In this document: piece after piece, positions 48,952 to 60,000 of the stretch
Layout: each line of letters begins with the position of its first letter
Position numbering within the stretch: the stretch's first letter is position 1
NCBI GenBank assembly: GCA_965228855.1
Contig: CBDDIJ010000002.1
Coordinates: 1,664,001 to 1,728,000, forward strand
From: Candidatus Obscuribacterales bacterium
Lineage (GTDB): Bacteria; Cyanobacteriota; Vampirovibrionia; Obscuribacterales; Obscuribacteraceae
Direction of reading: 5' to 3'
DNA length: 64,000 nucleotides
Made by a program: the position numbers and the translations under genes
The notes under the pieces: generated by a model
What the model was told of the DNA's origin: nothing
Database searches by the model: none
Seen by the model: the letters and a program-made list of their open reading frames with translations, nothing else

Positions 48952-50209
48952 GATTCTCGTACTTCGTGACCGACGCTCAACAAGCGGTATTCTGACAGAG
49001 ATGTTGGAGAGTCTGAAGCATCGCTTAGTCGAAGCGGACTCGCTCTCAGGCGGTCTCCGCTTGCTGTTGCAGGAGCCTGCCGAGATGGTCTTCATAGATC
49101 AGCAGAGCGAAACCCACTCCGCCGCTAATCTTCTTCAAGCTATCAAACAAGAAAGCGCTCTGGCATCGTTGCCGGTGATCGTCGTTACCTCTGAGGCTAA
49201 CAGCGATCTCGTCATCGAAGTAATGCGACTCGGCGCATTCGATCATTTGAGCTTACCTTTGAGCCTGGACGAATTGAATCAGGCAATTGAAAGAGCAATT
49301 GCCGCACCTAAAAGCGAAACTGTATCAAGCATAAGTTACTCAGAAACCACGTCGGACAATACGCTTGTCGGCTTGTGCGCTGCAATGAGGCGAGTCGAGA
49401 AACAGATCGGAATTGCCGCCGCATGTGGTGCCTCTGTTTTGATCAGTGGAGAGACCGGCACAGGGAAAGATACTGTTGCAAGAGCGATTCATCGACACAG
49501 CCAACAGGGGGCTAAACCGCTAACAGTTATCGATTGTACTGCAGTCCCCGAAGACTACGAGTCTTTCGAATCATTGAGTCCCGGCGCTCAGGGGACGGTC
49601 ATCTTGGACGAGATTGGCGACCTCAACGCTCGTACACAGGCGATGCTGGTTCGAGCATTGAAGGAAGGAGTGCCGGGAACCACTGCACCGCGGGTGGTTG
49701 CAACTACCCAGCACGACTTAATTTCGATGGTGAAAGAGAAGTGCTTTAGAGAAGATCTGTTTTACCGATTGAACGTTTTACCGATTTCGCTACCGCCGCT
49801 TAGAGAGCGGGGTTCCGACATCTTGTCTCTGGCGGAACTGTTTTTATCGCAAGCTCGGCCGGAGTCCGCCAAGCGCATAAGTAGTTCTGCTGCGAAGGTT
49901 TTATTAGATTATGACTGGCCGGGGAATGTTCGAGAGTTGCAGAATCTTATGTATCATCTGACGTTTTCGGTTCGCGCTGCAAGTATTGAACCAGCTGACC
50001 TCAGCATGATTATCCGCGAGGATGCGGTCAAAAGTGAAGACAGTTTAGACGGCATGGATTATTACACTGCGATGGCAACGTTGGAGAAGCGTCTGCTGGA
50101 GCGGGCTTTAGAGCAATCGAACGGAAGTAAGTCCGAGGCTGCGCGGCTGCTTGGCATCAACAGGCAGTTGTTGTACAGCAAGCTAAAGGCGCATGGGCTA
50201 ATGACTTGA
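48944..50209 (+). CDS. NtrC-like REC-AAA+-Fis HTH regulator lacking the GAFTGA loop, with atypical receiver
   Basis: GETGTGKD, LDEIGDL, FREDLFYRLNV, WPGNVRELQN, AARLLGINRQLLYSKL; the ESELFG..GAFTGA segment is replaced by DYESFESLSPGAQG. Confidence 0.88.
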   Translation: MARILVLRDRRSTSGILTEMLESLKHRLVEADSLSGGLRLLLQEPAEMVFIDQQSETHSAANLLQAIKQESALASLPVIVVTSEANSDLVIEVMRLGAFDHLSLPLSLDELNQAIERAIAAPKSETVSSISYSETTSDNTLVGLCAAMRRVEKQIGIAAACGASVLISGETGTGKDTVARAIHRHSQQGAKPLTVIDCTAVPEDYESFESLSPGAQGTVILDEIGDLNARTQAMLVRALKEGVPGTTAPRVVATTQHDLISMVKEKCFREDLFYRLNVLPISLPPLRERGSDILSLAELFLSQARPESAKRISSSAAKVLLDYDWPGNVRELQNLMYHLTFSVRAASIEPADLSMIIREDAVKSEDSLDGMDYYTAMATLEKRLLERALEQSNGSKSEAARLLGINRQLLYSKLKAHGLMT

Positions 50210-50219
50210 GGAGGAATTA

Positions 50220-50723
50220 ATGGCACCGCACGAACATGATCGCAAGAAAAAAACACATCATCGAGAGAGCCGTCGAGCGTTGAATACTCCGGAGAACGCC
50301 TTGAAGGCCGTCGGTGCGGCGCGAGCATGTATTGGTTCGCTCGCGGCAGGTAAAGTCTGGAAACATCGCGCTCCGCATGGAATTGAGATCAAGGGCGCTT
50401 TGACTATCGACGGCAGCGCTGTTGTGATACTGCATTTCAGTCCAGAAGATGGAAGCGTTCTGCCTAAGGGATTTCACGGCTTCAGTGAGGGAACTCCGGA
50501 ACTCATCTCCGACATCGAGAGTAGGCTCAATGATTATCCTGAAAAACTTATCGTACTAGAAGGCGCCGAGTTTAGAGAGCCTGAGTTCTGCTGGGCGGTT
50601 CCTCTTGTTTGTGACGGAAGAATCGTAGCGCATCTTAAAGTGTCGTCTGATGGAAGCGAGATTATGCCGGACAAGAAAGCGATGGAGGAAATGCAATCTC
50701 TCATCCGAAGGGATGAGAATTGA
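50220..50723 (+). CDS. Hypothetical protein in operon with the regulator
   Basis: Strong GAGGAGG RBS; 167 aa. Confidence 0.7.
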   Translation: MAPHEHDRKKKTHHRESRRALNTPENALKAVGAARACIGSLAAGKVWKHRAPHGIEIKGALTIDGSAVVILHFSPEDGSVLPKGFHGFSEGTPELISDIESRLNDYPEKLIVLEGAEFREPEFCWAVPLVCDGRIVAHLKVSSDGSEIMPDKKAMEEMQSLIRRDEN

Positions 50724-50822
50724 GTCGTCTGCTTCTGTCAGAAATCGACAGATCGACTGATTGAATATACGCCCGTTAGGTCTAAACTTGTGAGCCTTCG
50801 AGTCACAACACGGGCATATAAT

Positions 50823-51854
50823 ATGACAAGTACAATCGCAATAAACAAAACCCTACCGTTTCTTTTCACTGGTGCGAAGGAACCATCGTTCACTTTTCTT
50901 TTTCGAATTCACTCAGGATCGGAAAAGCAATTGCATGATGTTGGACATATTCGTGGGCGTTGCCACGAGATTTTCAATGAGCTTGAATCACAAGGTTCCG
51001 ATGTTGAGGCGCTGCGCAAAAAGACAGATGCACTGATCGAAAAAATCGACTTGCATAGTGGTGCTAAGTCGATCGGCCTGTTTGTGTCTGGTGAAAACGC
51101 CCAGTGCGAGACGTTCTTCATACACATGCCTGAACGATTCTATTTCGGTGATTATTTCTCCGGTTTAGAGGCTTGCTATGCCACTGCTGAGTCCACGCCT
51201 TATGCACTGTTTGTTCTAGAACCGCAATCGCTGAAAGTATTTAAAGGTCAGGCCGATCATCTTGAGTCGATGCCTGAATCGGAAGCCGTCAGTCATCTGC
51301 AGAAAATTTTCAAGGACCGGCAGCCGGCTCATCATGATAAAGATGGAAAGACTCACAAAGTGCATGATTCCAAATGGCAGAAGAGTTTTGTCGATGCCGT
51401 GGCTGCTGTTTGCCTGGGCGTGCCTGCGATGGTCGCTGGTTTGGAATTGACAGGATTGACGGAACGCGAATTGAGAGACGCGGGTGTCGAAATTCTTGCG
51501 ACCAAGAATGAGGTTTGTCAATCGACTGGAACGGACGCGCTGGTGCAAGTGGCAGAAGATTTGCTCAAGGAGTTTCATTCGACTCGCGCTGCTAAGCTGC
51601 TTGAACAATGCAGGACTGCAATCGGTGCGCAAAAACTCGTGAGCATTCCGCAGGATATGTTGGCGTGCGCACAAGAAGGTCGAGCTGAAATGCTGCTTCT
51701 CGAAGCACCGGCTTGGGATGTTTCCGGCAAAATGGCGTTGACTGAGATTCACGAGACCATCCGGCATACTCTTGAAAATGGCGGACGAGTTGAGTTTGTT
51801 CCGACTGGTAGTTTGACCGAGTGGAACGGAGCTGCTGTTTTGCTGCGGTATTGA
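50823..51854 (+). CDS. Bacterial archaeo-eukaryotic release factor (baeRF, eRF1/pelota-like) family protein
   Basis: SIGLFVS; AQEGRAEMLLLE; C-terminal ENGGRVEFVP...GAAVLLRY typical of baeRF families. Confidence 0.65.
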   Translation: MTSTIAINKTLPFLFTGAKEPSFTFLFRIHSGSEKQLHDVGHIRGRCHEIFNELESQGSDVEALRKKTDALIEKIDLHSGAKSIGLFVSGENAQCETFFIHMPERFYFGDYFSGLEACYATAESTPYALFVLEPQSLKVFKGQADHLESMPESEAVSHLQKIFKDRQPAHHDKDGKTHKVHDSKWQKSFVDAVAAVCLGVPAMVAGLELTGLTERELRDAGVEILATKNEVCQSTGTDALVQVAEDLLKEFHSTRAAKLLEQCRTAIGAQKLVSIPQDMLACAQEGRAEMLLLEAPAWDVSGKMALTEIHETIRHTLENGGRVEFVPTGSLTEWNGAAVLLRY

Positions 51855-51959
51855 AGCGCGACATTTGACTGAACTGTTTATGGCTGAATGCGAATTTCTG
51901 AGTGTTTAAGGAATATCCTGCTACGTTCAAGAAATTCGCATTCGCTCGTGCTTCAATGC

Positions 51960-53957
51960 TCAGGCACAAACAGACAATACGTCGACAGGCAGTCGTACGT
52001 CGAAAGTCGTTCCTTCTCCGAGACGGCTAGTGCAATGGATGGAACCACTGTGAGCTTCGGCGATCTTCTTGCACAGGTAGAGACCGATGCCTGTACCGGC
52101 GCCTTGTTTGTAGTATTTCGATCGGCCTTGACCAAACCTTCTAAATAAATATTCCTGATCGAGAGGCGAAATTCCTGTGCCATTATCACTGACGCTGACG
52201 AGTACTTGATCGTCACCTGCCTCCACCTGTAGTGTCACTTCTCCACTGGGCTTGCTGAACTTTATCGCGTTGTGAAGTAGGTTGGTGAGCATCCGCTGTA
52301 TGGCTATCGGATCGCCGAGCACGTTAGGCAGCCTTTCGGCAATCTTGACTTGTAACGAGATTCGATGAGAGCGCGCCATCGGAACTACTGAGGCAACTGC
52401 CTTCCCGGCAATGAGTTCGAAGTCTATAAGTTCGCGTGCCAGCTCTACGCTGTCGGTGTCAAATCGATAAACATCAAGGACGTTTCGCAACAAGGTCAGC
52501 AGACCATCGTTACTCTGGCGGATCTCATACAGGAATTCCCGGTGCGGTTCGGCCATCTCTCCGAGTGCTCCATCGATCAGATTCTCCAAGACTCTATTGG
52601 CTCCAATCAGTGGATTCTTTATATCGTGCGCCAGCTCAGCGACAAATTCTTGTCGATGTCTATCGTTGTTCAGTCGTTTTGATGCGTCCAGCGCCATGAA
52701 GATGCCACCATCAGTGCACTGATTTCGATCAAGCACAGCCCATGCGAAAACGTCGTAAGGGGCGCAGTCGCCTAGAGCGCCCCGTTGAAGAGTGAAGCCT
52801 TCGAGGGCGAATGGCGCGCCGTTCTTTATTACTTTGTCCCAAACGTCTTCGCTAATCGCTGGCAGTAGATTTTTAATTGACGTGTCTTTTTCGCTTGAAT
52901 CACCGGAGTAAAAATTGTTTTTGAATGCGGTGTTACTCGTGAAGACTCGACAATTATTGTCGAACCTCGCTATGCTCACAGGTGTTCCTTCTAATAAATT
53001 CTGCAGCAAGTCTCGCTCGGTGGCCACTTTGTGTCTGGCGATATGTTCAGTCTGAAAGCGGATGATTGCAAATCGAATCGCTCTCATCAAATTCAACTCA
53101 TTGATTTGCCCTTTGATGAGGTAGTCTTGAGCGCCTTGAGATATTGCTGCTTGTGCAACGGCTTCGTCATCGAGACCAGAGACTACGACGATCGGTACTT
53201 TGGCTGCGTATTCTCTCAATCCGTCAAGTACTTCCAGACCCCGTGCATCCGGCAAGCCAAGATCCGTCACGATCAGATCGAAAGCCGAGAGTCGCAAATG
53301 CTTTTTCGCGGCATCAAGATCTGCTGCCGTACTGACTGCATAAGCGCGGGAACCATTGATTGTTAGCAGCTCTTGAATGACAAGCACGTCGTTTGGATTG
53401 TCTTCAATTAATAAAATCGTCTTTTGTTCAGATCCAGAAGCTGAATCCGATTCTGTTGCAACCTTGTCTCCACTCAGATCTCGATGAATTACTTCTGGTG
53501 CAGAGACTTCGGAAAGTTTTTGACTAGTCGTAAGAGCGGCAATATTTAGCCAGGCGGTTTCGATTACCTCGAGAACGTGCCAGAGATTCTCAAAGGCCGG
53601 CGGTTTGGTCAAGTAACAATCTGCGCCATTGGCAAGAGCGAGGCGCTCGTCTTCCGGATTCTCAGAAGTCGTCAATATCACAACTTTTAGATCGTTCAAT
53701 TCACTGTGGCTTCGTAGCTCGACCAGCACTTCGTGTCCATTACGCCTTGGCAAATTTAGATCCAGGAACATCAAATCTGGTGCGTTCTCGGGGTGATGCA
53801 GCAACTCGCGAACGTAGTCTATCGCAGCCTCTCCGTCCTCGAGAACGTGGAGTCTGTATCCGATTCCGGAATCCTTGAGAAACTCCTTCATCAATAAGAC
53901 ATCGTGCGGATTGTCTTCCACGATTGCGATGTTCAAAGGGCGAGGCATCAAAATCAC
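51960..53957 (-). CDS. Hybrid REC(Rcp1-like)-REC-PAS-histidine kinase
   Basis: VEDNPHD..FLDLNLP..ILTTS..TKP; second REC IEDNPND..TDLGLPD..YLIKG; LAHDIKNPL, NLLHNAIKF, DNGTG, GTGIGLY. Confidence 0.92.
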   Translation of the reverse strand: MILMPRPLNIAIVEDNPHDVLLMKEFLKDSGIGYRLHVLEDGEAAIDYVRELLHHPENAPDLMFLDLNLPRRNGHEVLVELRSHSELNDLKVVILTTSENPEDERLALANGADCYLTKPPAFENLWHVLEVIETAWLNIAALTTSQKLSEVSAPEVIHRDLSGDKVATESDSASGSEQKTILLIEDNPNDVLVIQELLTINGSRAYAVSTAADLDAAKKHLRLSAFDLIVTDLGLPDARGLEVLDGLREYAAKVPIVVVSGLDDEAVAQAAISQGAQDYLIKGQINELNLMRAIRFAIIRFQTEHIARHKVATERDLLQNLLEGTPVSIARFDNNCRVFTSNTAFKNNFYSGDSSEKDTSIKNLLPAISEDVWDKVIKNGAPFALEGFTLQRGALGDCAPYDVFAWAVLDRNQCTDGGIFMALDASKRLNNDRHRQEFVAELAHDIKNPLIGANRVLENLIDGALGEMAEPHREFLYEIRQSNDGLLTLLRNVLDVYRFDTDSVELARELIDFELIAGKAVASVVPMARSHRISLQVKIAERLPNVLGDPIAIQRMLTNLLHNAIKFSKPSGEVTLQVEAGDDQVLVSVSDNGTGISPLDQEYLFRRFGQGRSKYYKQGAGTGIGLYLCKKIAEAHSGSIHCTSRLGEGTTFDVRLPVDVLSVCA

Positions 53958-54023
53958 TCCTTATTCCAGTTAATCAGGATGCCTTGACCGGTCCTTAACT
54001 TTATCATGAATAGCGCGTTGCTC

Positions 54024-55709
54024 CTACGCCGATTGGTCGACTTCTTTCCGCGCAAGCGGCAGAGTGAGCTCAAACGTTGTGCCTTCCTTGACTGGTTTGA
54101 GTGTGATGTTGCCACCATGGCGCTCGACAATTTTTCTGCAGACCGCCAGGCCGATACCGGTTCCCGGATATTTGCTCACCGAATGCAGCCGCTGAAAAAT
54201 TTCAAAGATACGCTCGGCATACTCCATGCTGATTCCTATGCCGTTGTCGGAGATGGATAACACCGCGTTATTCTTGTCTTCGAGGACGCTTATGCGAATT
54301 TCCGGCTGCTTTTCGCTGCGAAACTTAATCGAGTTACTGAGCAGATTCTGAAAGAGGCGCGTGAGTTGGTTTGCGTCACCGAGCACCTGCGGCAATTCAT
54401 CAAAGATGATCTTGGTTTCTGTCTCGTTAATAGCAGCTTCAAGACCTTTGATAGCGTCGGTGAGAGGTGCATTCAAATCGACAGGAACCAGCGGCTCGCC
54501 TTGCGTTTCGACACGCGCATACAAAAGCAAATCTCTGATTAACTGTTGCATACGCTCAACGCTCTCGACTATAACCTCGAGATATTTTTGCGTATCGGGA
54601 GTGAGAGAATTGCCTGCTTTCTTCTTTAGAAGATTGCTAAAACTAATTACGGTTCGCAGTGGTTCCTGCAAATCGTGCGAGGCGACGTAAGCAAATTGTT
54701 GAAGATCGTGATTCGAGCTGGCTAATCTCTCCGCCAGCTGTTGGAGTTTTTCCTCTTGCACTTTGCGTTCGGTTATATCGCGTCCTTCCGGAATGAGATA
54801 CTTTACTGTGCCGTCTTCTGCGAAAACAGGCTTCATGGAGAAGTCGAACAGTGCTGGACTTCCTGATGGTCGCAGATGTTTAACTTCAAACCGAACAAAA
54901 TCACCCTTCGCGACTGCGGTCACTGCATCTTGAATTTGCTTCTGTACTTCTTCGGAGTGCGCAAACCAGGGTGTCTTCCAGAATAAATGATCGGTCACCT
55001 GTTGTGCCGTCGTACTCTGATAGTCCAGGGCTGTTTGATTCACGTCAATTACACGCCCGTCAGGCTCCAGTAGACCGATAAGTTGAAACGTGTGATCGAA
55101 TATCGCTCGGAACTTTCTCTCGCTCTCCGCCAGCTCGTTAGTCCGTTTCTTCACTTCCTCTTCCAATATTTCGGCGTGTCGCTTTAGGACGTCGATGTTT
55201 GTAGATGTGCCGAACCATTTGATGATGTTTCCTTCCTGATCTCGCACTGATTCAGCTTGCGCGAGAAACCATCTGTAAATGTTATCCTTGCCTCGCCACC
55301 TGTATTCAAACTGAAATAGATCGCCCGTTTTGAGACATTCAGACCACTTCTCCAAGCAGGGGCTGAGGTCGTCAGGATGCACGACCTGCTGCCAGTTGTT
55401 GCCTGAGGTGTCTTTGAAGTTTAAGCCTGTGTATTCGTCCCAACGACGGCTGTAGAAATCGATAAAACCGTCGGCTGTTGCCGTCCATACTACCGGAGAC
55501 AGAGCATTGGTGAGGATATGGAATTCTTTGCTTTTCTGCAGGAGCGATTGATTCGTTTCTTCAAGTTCTCGCCGGCATTTCTCCAGTTCTATTTTCAGAG
55601 AGGAGGATGCTTTCTTTTCACTATTAGCAGAGGCGTTAAGCCTCCAGAAGAGAACCGCGATAGCGCATGTTGAAAGGGCGAGGGCAACTTCCACAGCATG
55701 TTGCTCCAA
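54024..55709 (-). CDS. PAS-PAS sensor histidine kinase with Cph1-type transmitter
   Basis: N-terminal TM; VHPDDL...YRWFL...WFGTSTNI; FAYVASHDLQEPLR; NLLSNSIKF; DNGIGI; IFQRLH; GTGIGLA. Confidence 0.93.
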   Translation of the reverse strand: MEQHAVEVALALSTCAIAVLFWRLNASANSEKKASSSLKIELEKCRRELEETNQSLLQKSKEFHILTNALSPVVWTATADGFIDFYSRRWDEYTGLNFKDTSGNNWQQVVHPDDLSPCLEKWSECLKTGDLFQFEYRWRGKDNIYRWFLAQAESVRDQEGNIIKWFGTSTNIDVLKRHAEILEEEVKKRTNELAESERKFRAIFDHTFQLIGLLEPDGRVIDVNQTALDYQSTTAQQVTDHLFWKTPWFAHSEEVQKQIQDAVTAVAKGDFVRFEVKHLRPSGSPALFDFSMKPVFAEDGTVKYLIPEGRDITERKVQEEKLQQLAERLASSNHDLQQFAYVASHDLQEPLRTVISFSNLLKKKAGNSLTPDTQKYLEVIVESVERMQQLIRDLLLYARVETQGEPLVPVDLNAPLTDAIKGLEAAINETETKIIFDELPQVLGDANQLTRLFQNLLSNSIKFRSEKQPEIRISVLEDKNNAVLSISDNGIGISMEYAERIFEIFQRLHSVSKYPGTGIGLAVCRKIVERHGGNITLKPVKEGTTFELTLPLARKEVDQSA

Positions 55710-55828
55710 TTATCGAGCCACCAGTAAATCGCTTTTTTCACACTTACCCAGTCGGTCCCGATTTTTCTCAACAACTTTGTCCGCATGACGAATGAAGCTT
55801 TCGTGAAGGTTTCGTTGTCTGCGCTTGG

Positions 55829-56443
55829 TTAGATTTGTTTGGCTTCTTCGGGTGCGAGTGTTTGCCGAAATAGCTTTCGTTCTACTTCAATGCGAGCCAG
55901 AGTAGTCGTTGCGCGCATTTTGACGTACGGGTTATCGTCGTCTGCGAGGGCTTGAAGCGCCTCGTCTGGCACTCTGGAATTTTCAGCAATGCTAAATCTG
56001 ACGTCCGGGTTGTCATCCGTCACCATCAACATTATCGATGCCAGTGGTGTTGTTGGATTGCTCGCAGTGGCGATTCGAATTTCAGCAACTGCTTGATAGG
56101 ACAGCTGAGCTAAAGTTCCGACCCCGGTGTTGCTGTTTTCAGCTATTCGCTCAAGCATGCTGCTGTCCGCGCCGATGGACAGGTCGTCGAGCACCGAAGG
56201 CGGGGTGTTCGGATTGATTGCCAGCAACCAACAGATTTCCACCAGTTCTTCGTTGGTGGTATCCAGTTGCTCTCGAATTGCTGATGCGAGTTCCGGAACG
56301 GTGGTCGTTTTCTCAAGCCAGTGATCGACCAGATTCTTCATTGCTTGTGTAATTCGAGGATTCGGGCACTCGCAGATAAAGTTGTAGAGATACGATAGGT
56401 CATCGGCTGCTATTTTGTCTGGTTGTCCTTGTGGATTTTTCAT
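55829..56443 (-). CDS. Leucine-rich repeat variant (LRV/HEAT-like) protein
   Basis: Repeats LAINPNTPPSVL, IAENSNT, ATASNPTTP, VRFSIAENSRVP. ATG 56443 has a GAGG RBS. Confidence 0.85.
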   Translation of the reverse strand: MKNPQGQPDKIAADDLSYLYNFICECPNPRITQAMKNLVDHWLEKTTTVPELASAIREQLDTTNEELVEICWLLAINPNTPPSVLDDLSIGADSSMLERIAENSNTGVGTLAQLSYQAVAEIRIATASNPTTPLASIMLMVTDDNPDVRFSIAENSRVPDEALQALADDDNPYVKMRATTTLARIEVERKLFRQTLAPEEAKQI

Positions 56444-57011
56444 CTGTTCGCCTCGTGTAATCTGGAATTGAATAATGCATCTGTTTGAGTAAACAGATGC
56501 GGCTGCCTGTAAGGCGGAAAGTTTCAATGATCTGCGGCAATGAATTGATTTCAAGCGACCTTGAGTTCGCTTCCGGTTGTTTCAACTGGCGCTTGAAGTT
56601 CCGCGTTCAGATACGAGGTGCTCATAAGCAAGAGAAAAAATTCGGGTTTCGTGTCGTGCGTGTGACCAGGGAGTTCACATTGAACCAACGCCTGATCATG
56701 ACAGGTTTAGCAGCAGACCGAGAGCAAAACAGCGGCGGTCGCAAGCTTCTCAGGCTGACCAACAGGTGCACTTTCACAATCCTTCTAACGTCATCATAGC
56801 ACAACGCGCCGTCATTAATTCTCTCGCGAAAGGGCGCTTTGGAAACCGACAATCAACTGTTGGATACTTCCAATTGTGATGTTGTTGCGGAAGTGCGCAG
56901 AGCAAGCGGGTCTTGTTCAGTGAGTCGTGCAGTCGAGATTCTTGATATAATCGATCTGGTTTCATCTGGTAACATGGAATCCTTCTATATGAGTCGGCGG
57001 AGATTACTTTC

Positions 57012-60000
57012 GTGGACATCGTCACTTGTCCGTCGACAGTCGAGATTGAGCAGCTAATCCGTGGAGAGATTGCCGATCCTTTCGCGTCAGATGTTTTGTC
57101 CGGGCATGTCAGTGACTGCTCTCGTTGCTCTCGAACTCTCAAACGATTTGGTAGCCAGCTACCAGAGTCCAACTTTCGTTTTTCAGATCAACATTCTGTG
57201 CCACCGCACGCTTCGGCAGGCGACCATCAGTCTTTGCCAAATTATGCAAAACCTCCCACGCTCAGGCAGGCGCTAACATTTCTGGCACCCGCTCAGCAAC
57301 CGGACGAAATCGGCAGACTGGCTCACTATCGAATCTTTAACGTGCTCGGTTCCGGCGGAATGGGTGTCGTATTGCATGCTGAAGACATTCATCTCAATCG
57401 CCCGGTCGCTTTGAAGGTGATAAAGACCGAGTACAGTCGAGATCCGGAAACGCGAACCCGCTTCATGCGCGAGGCTCGAGCGATGGCTCACGTAAAGAGC
57501 GATCACGTTGTAACTGTTTATCAGGTTGGAGAAGACAACGAGACGTGTTTCATCGCTATGGAAATGCTGGAGGGTGAACCTCTGGACAGCCTGATGGATA
57601 GGTCTCATATGCTGCCACTGCCCGAGGCAGTTCGAATCGGCAAGGAGATAAGTCTTGCGCTTGTTGCGGCGCATAGCAAGGGCGTGATTCATAGAGATAT
57701 CAAACCGGCTAATGTCTGGATTGAGGAGAGCGGCCGCGTTAAGCTTCTTGATTTTGGTTTGGCTCGTCCGGAGTCTACCGACATCAAACTCACGGCTACC
57801 GGATTGGTCATGGGAACCCCTGCTTACATGGCCCCTGAGCAGGCACGGGCGGCCGCGACAGACGAGCGTGCCGACCTTTTCTCGCTTGGTTCCTTGCTCT
57901 ACCGCTTAGTCTGCGGAGTACCTCCCTTCTCCGGCGACACCGCGATGGCGTTGATTGCGGCGTTGATTGAATCAACCCCTGCACCACCGAGCAAATTCAA
58001 CATCGAGATTCCACCGGTTTTGGATGATTTGATTTTGCAGCTTCTGGCAAAGTCTCCTGATGACCGTCCGAAATCGGCTGTGGAAGTTGTTTCCAGGCTG
58101 GAATACATTGAGAAAGGGCTCGTCGGAACAACTGGAAATCAAGCCATCGTACGAAGGAGTCGTGTTCCTGCCTTTGGTTCGTTCGATGGAGACTCCGGTT
58201 CCCATAATGCCATGTCAATCTTTGGTGACCTGTCTGCAGCTGGTTCTGCATTGTCTGGTCAAAGTCTGACTCGCAGAAGAGAGGCGGAGCATCGTCAGGT
58301 CACCATGCTTATGTGTAGTTGCAATTTGTTTGAGTCCGAGGATTTTATAGAACACTTTGAAGCCTCCGAACAGAATGAACTTCTCTGTCTGTTTCGCGAT
58401 ATCTGTCAGCAAGCCGTTCAAACATTTGATGGAAGCATTGTTCGATGGAATGACGATAGTTTGCTCGTTTGCTTCGGCTATCCCACAGCTTACGAAGATG
58501 CTGCAAGCCGTGCGGCAAGTGCGGCTCTCCAAATTCTCGAAGAACTGCAGGGAGTCGATCAGATTGTGCGAGAAGAGAGGAAGCTAGAGCTTGGCGCGTG
58601 GCTTGTCTTAAACACTGGGCGTGCCATTGTCGAGACAAAGGATGGAGAAATCATTGTTGTTGGTGAAGCACGCAATGTCGCGACTCGCCTTAAGGAAGTC
58701 GCTTGCTCGGGACAGATTGTCTGTAGCGATTCAACGCATCAATTGCTTAACGGAAGATTCGATTGCACCGCCATTGGTGCACACCAGTTCAAGAATCTCT
58801 CTCGTCCGGTTTCGTTGTTTCGAGTTCATTCAGTTTTGGAGAATGTTGACCCCAGTCCAATCCTCAATGATGTCGAATTAACCCCGCTCACAGGGCGCGA
58901 TCTCGAACTGAGTTTGCTACACGCCCGTTGGGAGCAGACTAAAAATGGTACGGGTCAGATAGTTCAATTAATTGGCGAATCCGGTCTTGGTAAGTCTCGG
59001 CTGGTTCGCGAATTGAAGCACCACATTTTTGACGGGCGAACAGAAAGCGGGCTGAGCAGAGATTTGGCGTCGTCGAATAGCTCATCGGTGCCACATTTCG
59101 TGTCGTGGTTTTGCTCGCCTCATTTTCAGAATAGCGGGCTATATCCGGTTAAAACATTCTTTCAGCGAATCTTGCACTTTGCCGCACATGAGGAGGCTTC
59201 GGAGAGGCTTGAACGCCTGTTGAGCCACCTGGAACGTTATAATCTCGCGCAACCGGATACGGTGGCGTTGTTTGCTTCATTATTGTGTATTCCGACTGAC
59301 GTCAGATTTCCGTCACTCGGGCTTACACCTGTGCGTGAGCGAGAGGAAACATTTCGTGTGCTTGAGGATTGGTTTTGCGCTTACTCAAGTGAACAAGCGG
59401 TTTTATTTGTAGTCGAAGATTTGCATTGGATTGATTCGTCCACTCTCGAATTTCTCTCTAAGTTTTTAACCGAAGGAATGCACGATCAAATTCTAACCGT
59501 ACTAACTTCGCGACCGGACTTTCGTCCGCCCTGGCCGGCGCTCTCAAATCAAACAATTATCTCTCTTTCTCAATTGACGAAAGAGCAGGTAGGCGACTTA
59601 TTGAAAGGAAAAACTGGAACCATGCCCTCTCGATCGGTCATCGAGCAAGTCTACGACCGGGCAGGGGGAGTGCCGCTATTCGTCGAGGAATTCTCAAAAG
59701 TAGCTGAAGAAGCCGGTGGGCTGGAAGATGCTGGTGAGGACAGATTCAAAACCATGGCGCGTGTGATACCACCCACGCTGCAGGATTTGATTATGGCCCG
59801 CCTGGAGCGAATGGACGGCGACCGTGACCTTGCTCAGCTTGCCGCGACCCTTGGCCGCGAATTTAACTATGAAGTATTTGCCATCGTCACCGGTCTGGAT
59901 TCGGCGACTTTAAACATTGAATTGACCAAGCTCGTTCAAGCCGAGATTTTGCACGAGAAGGGCCGCAGACCAAACTCTACGTTCATATTTAAAAATTCAC

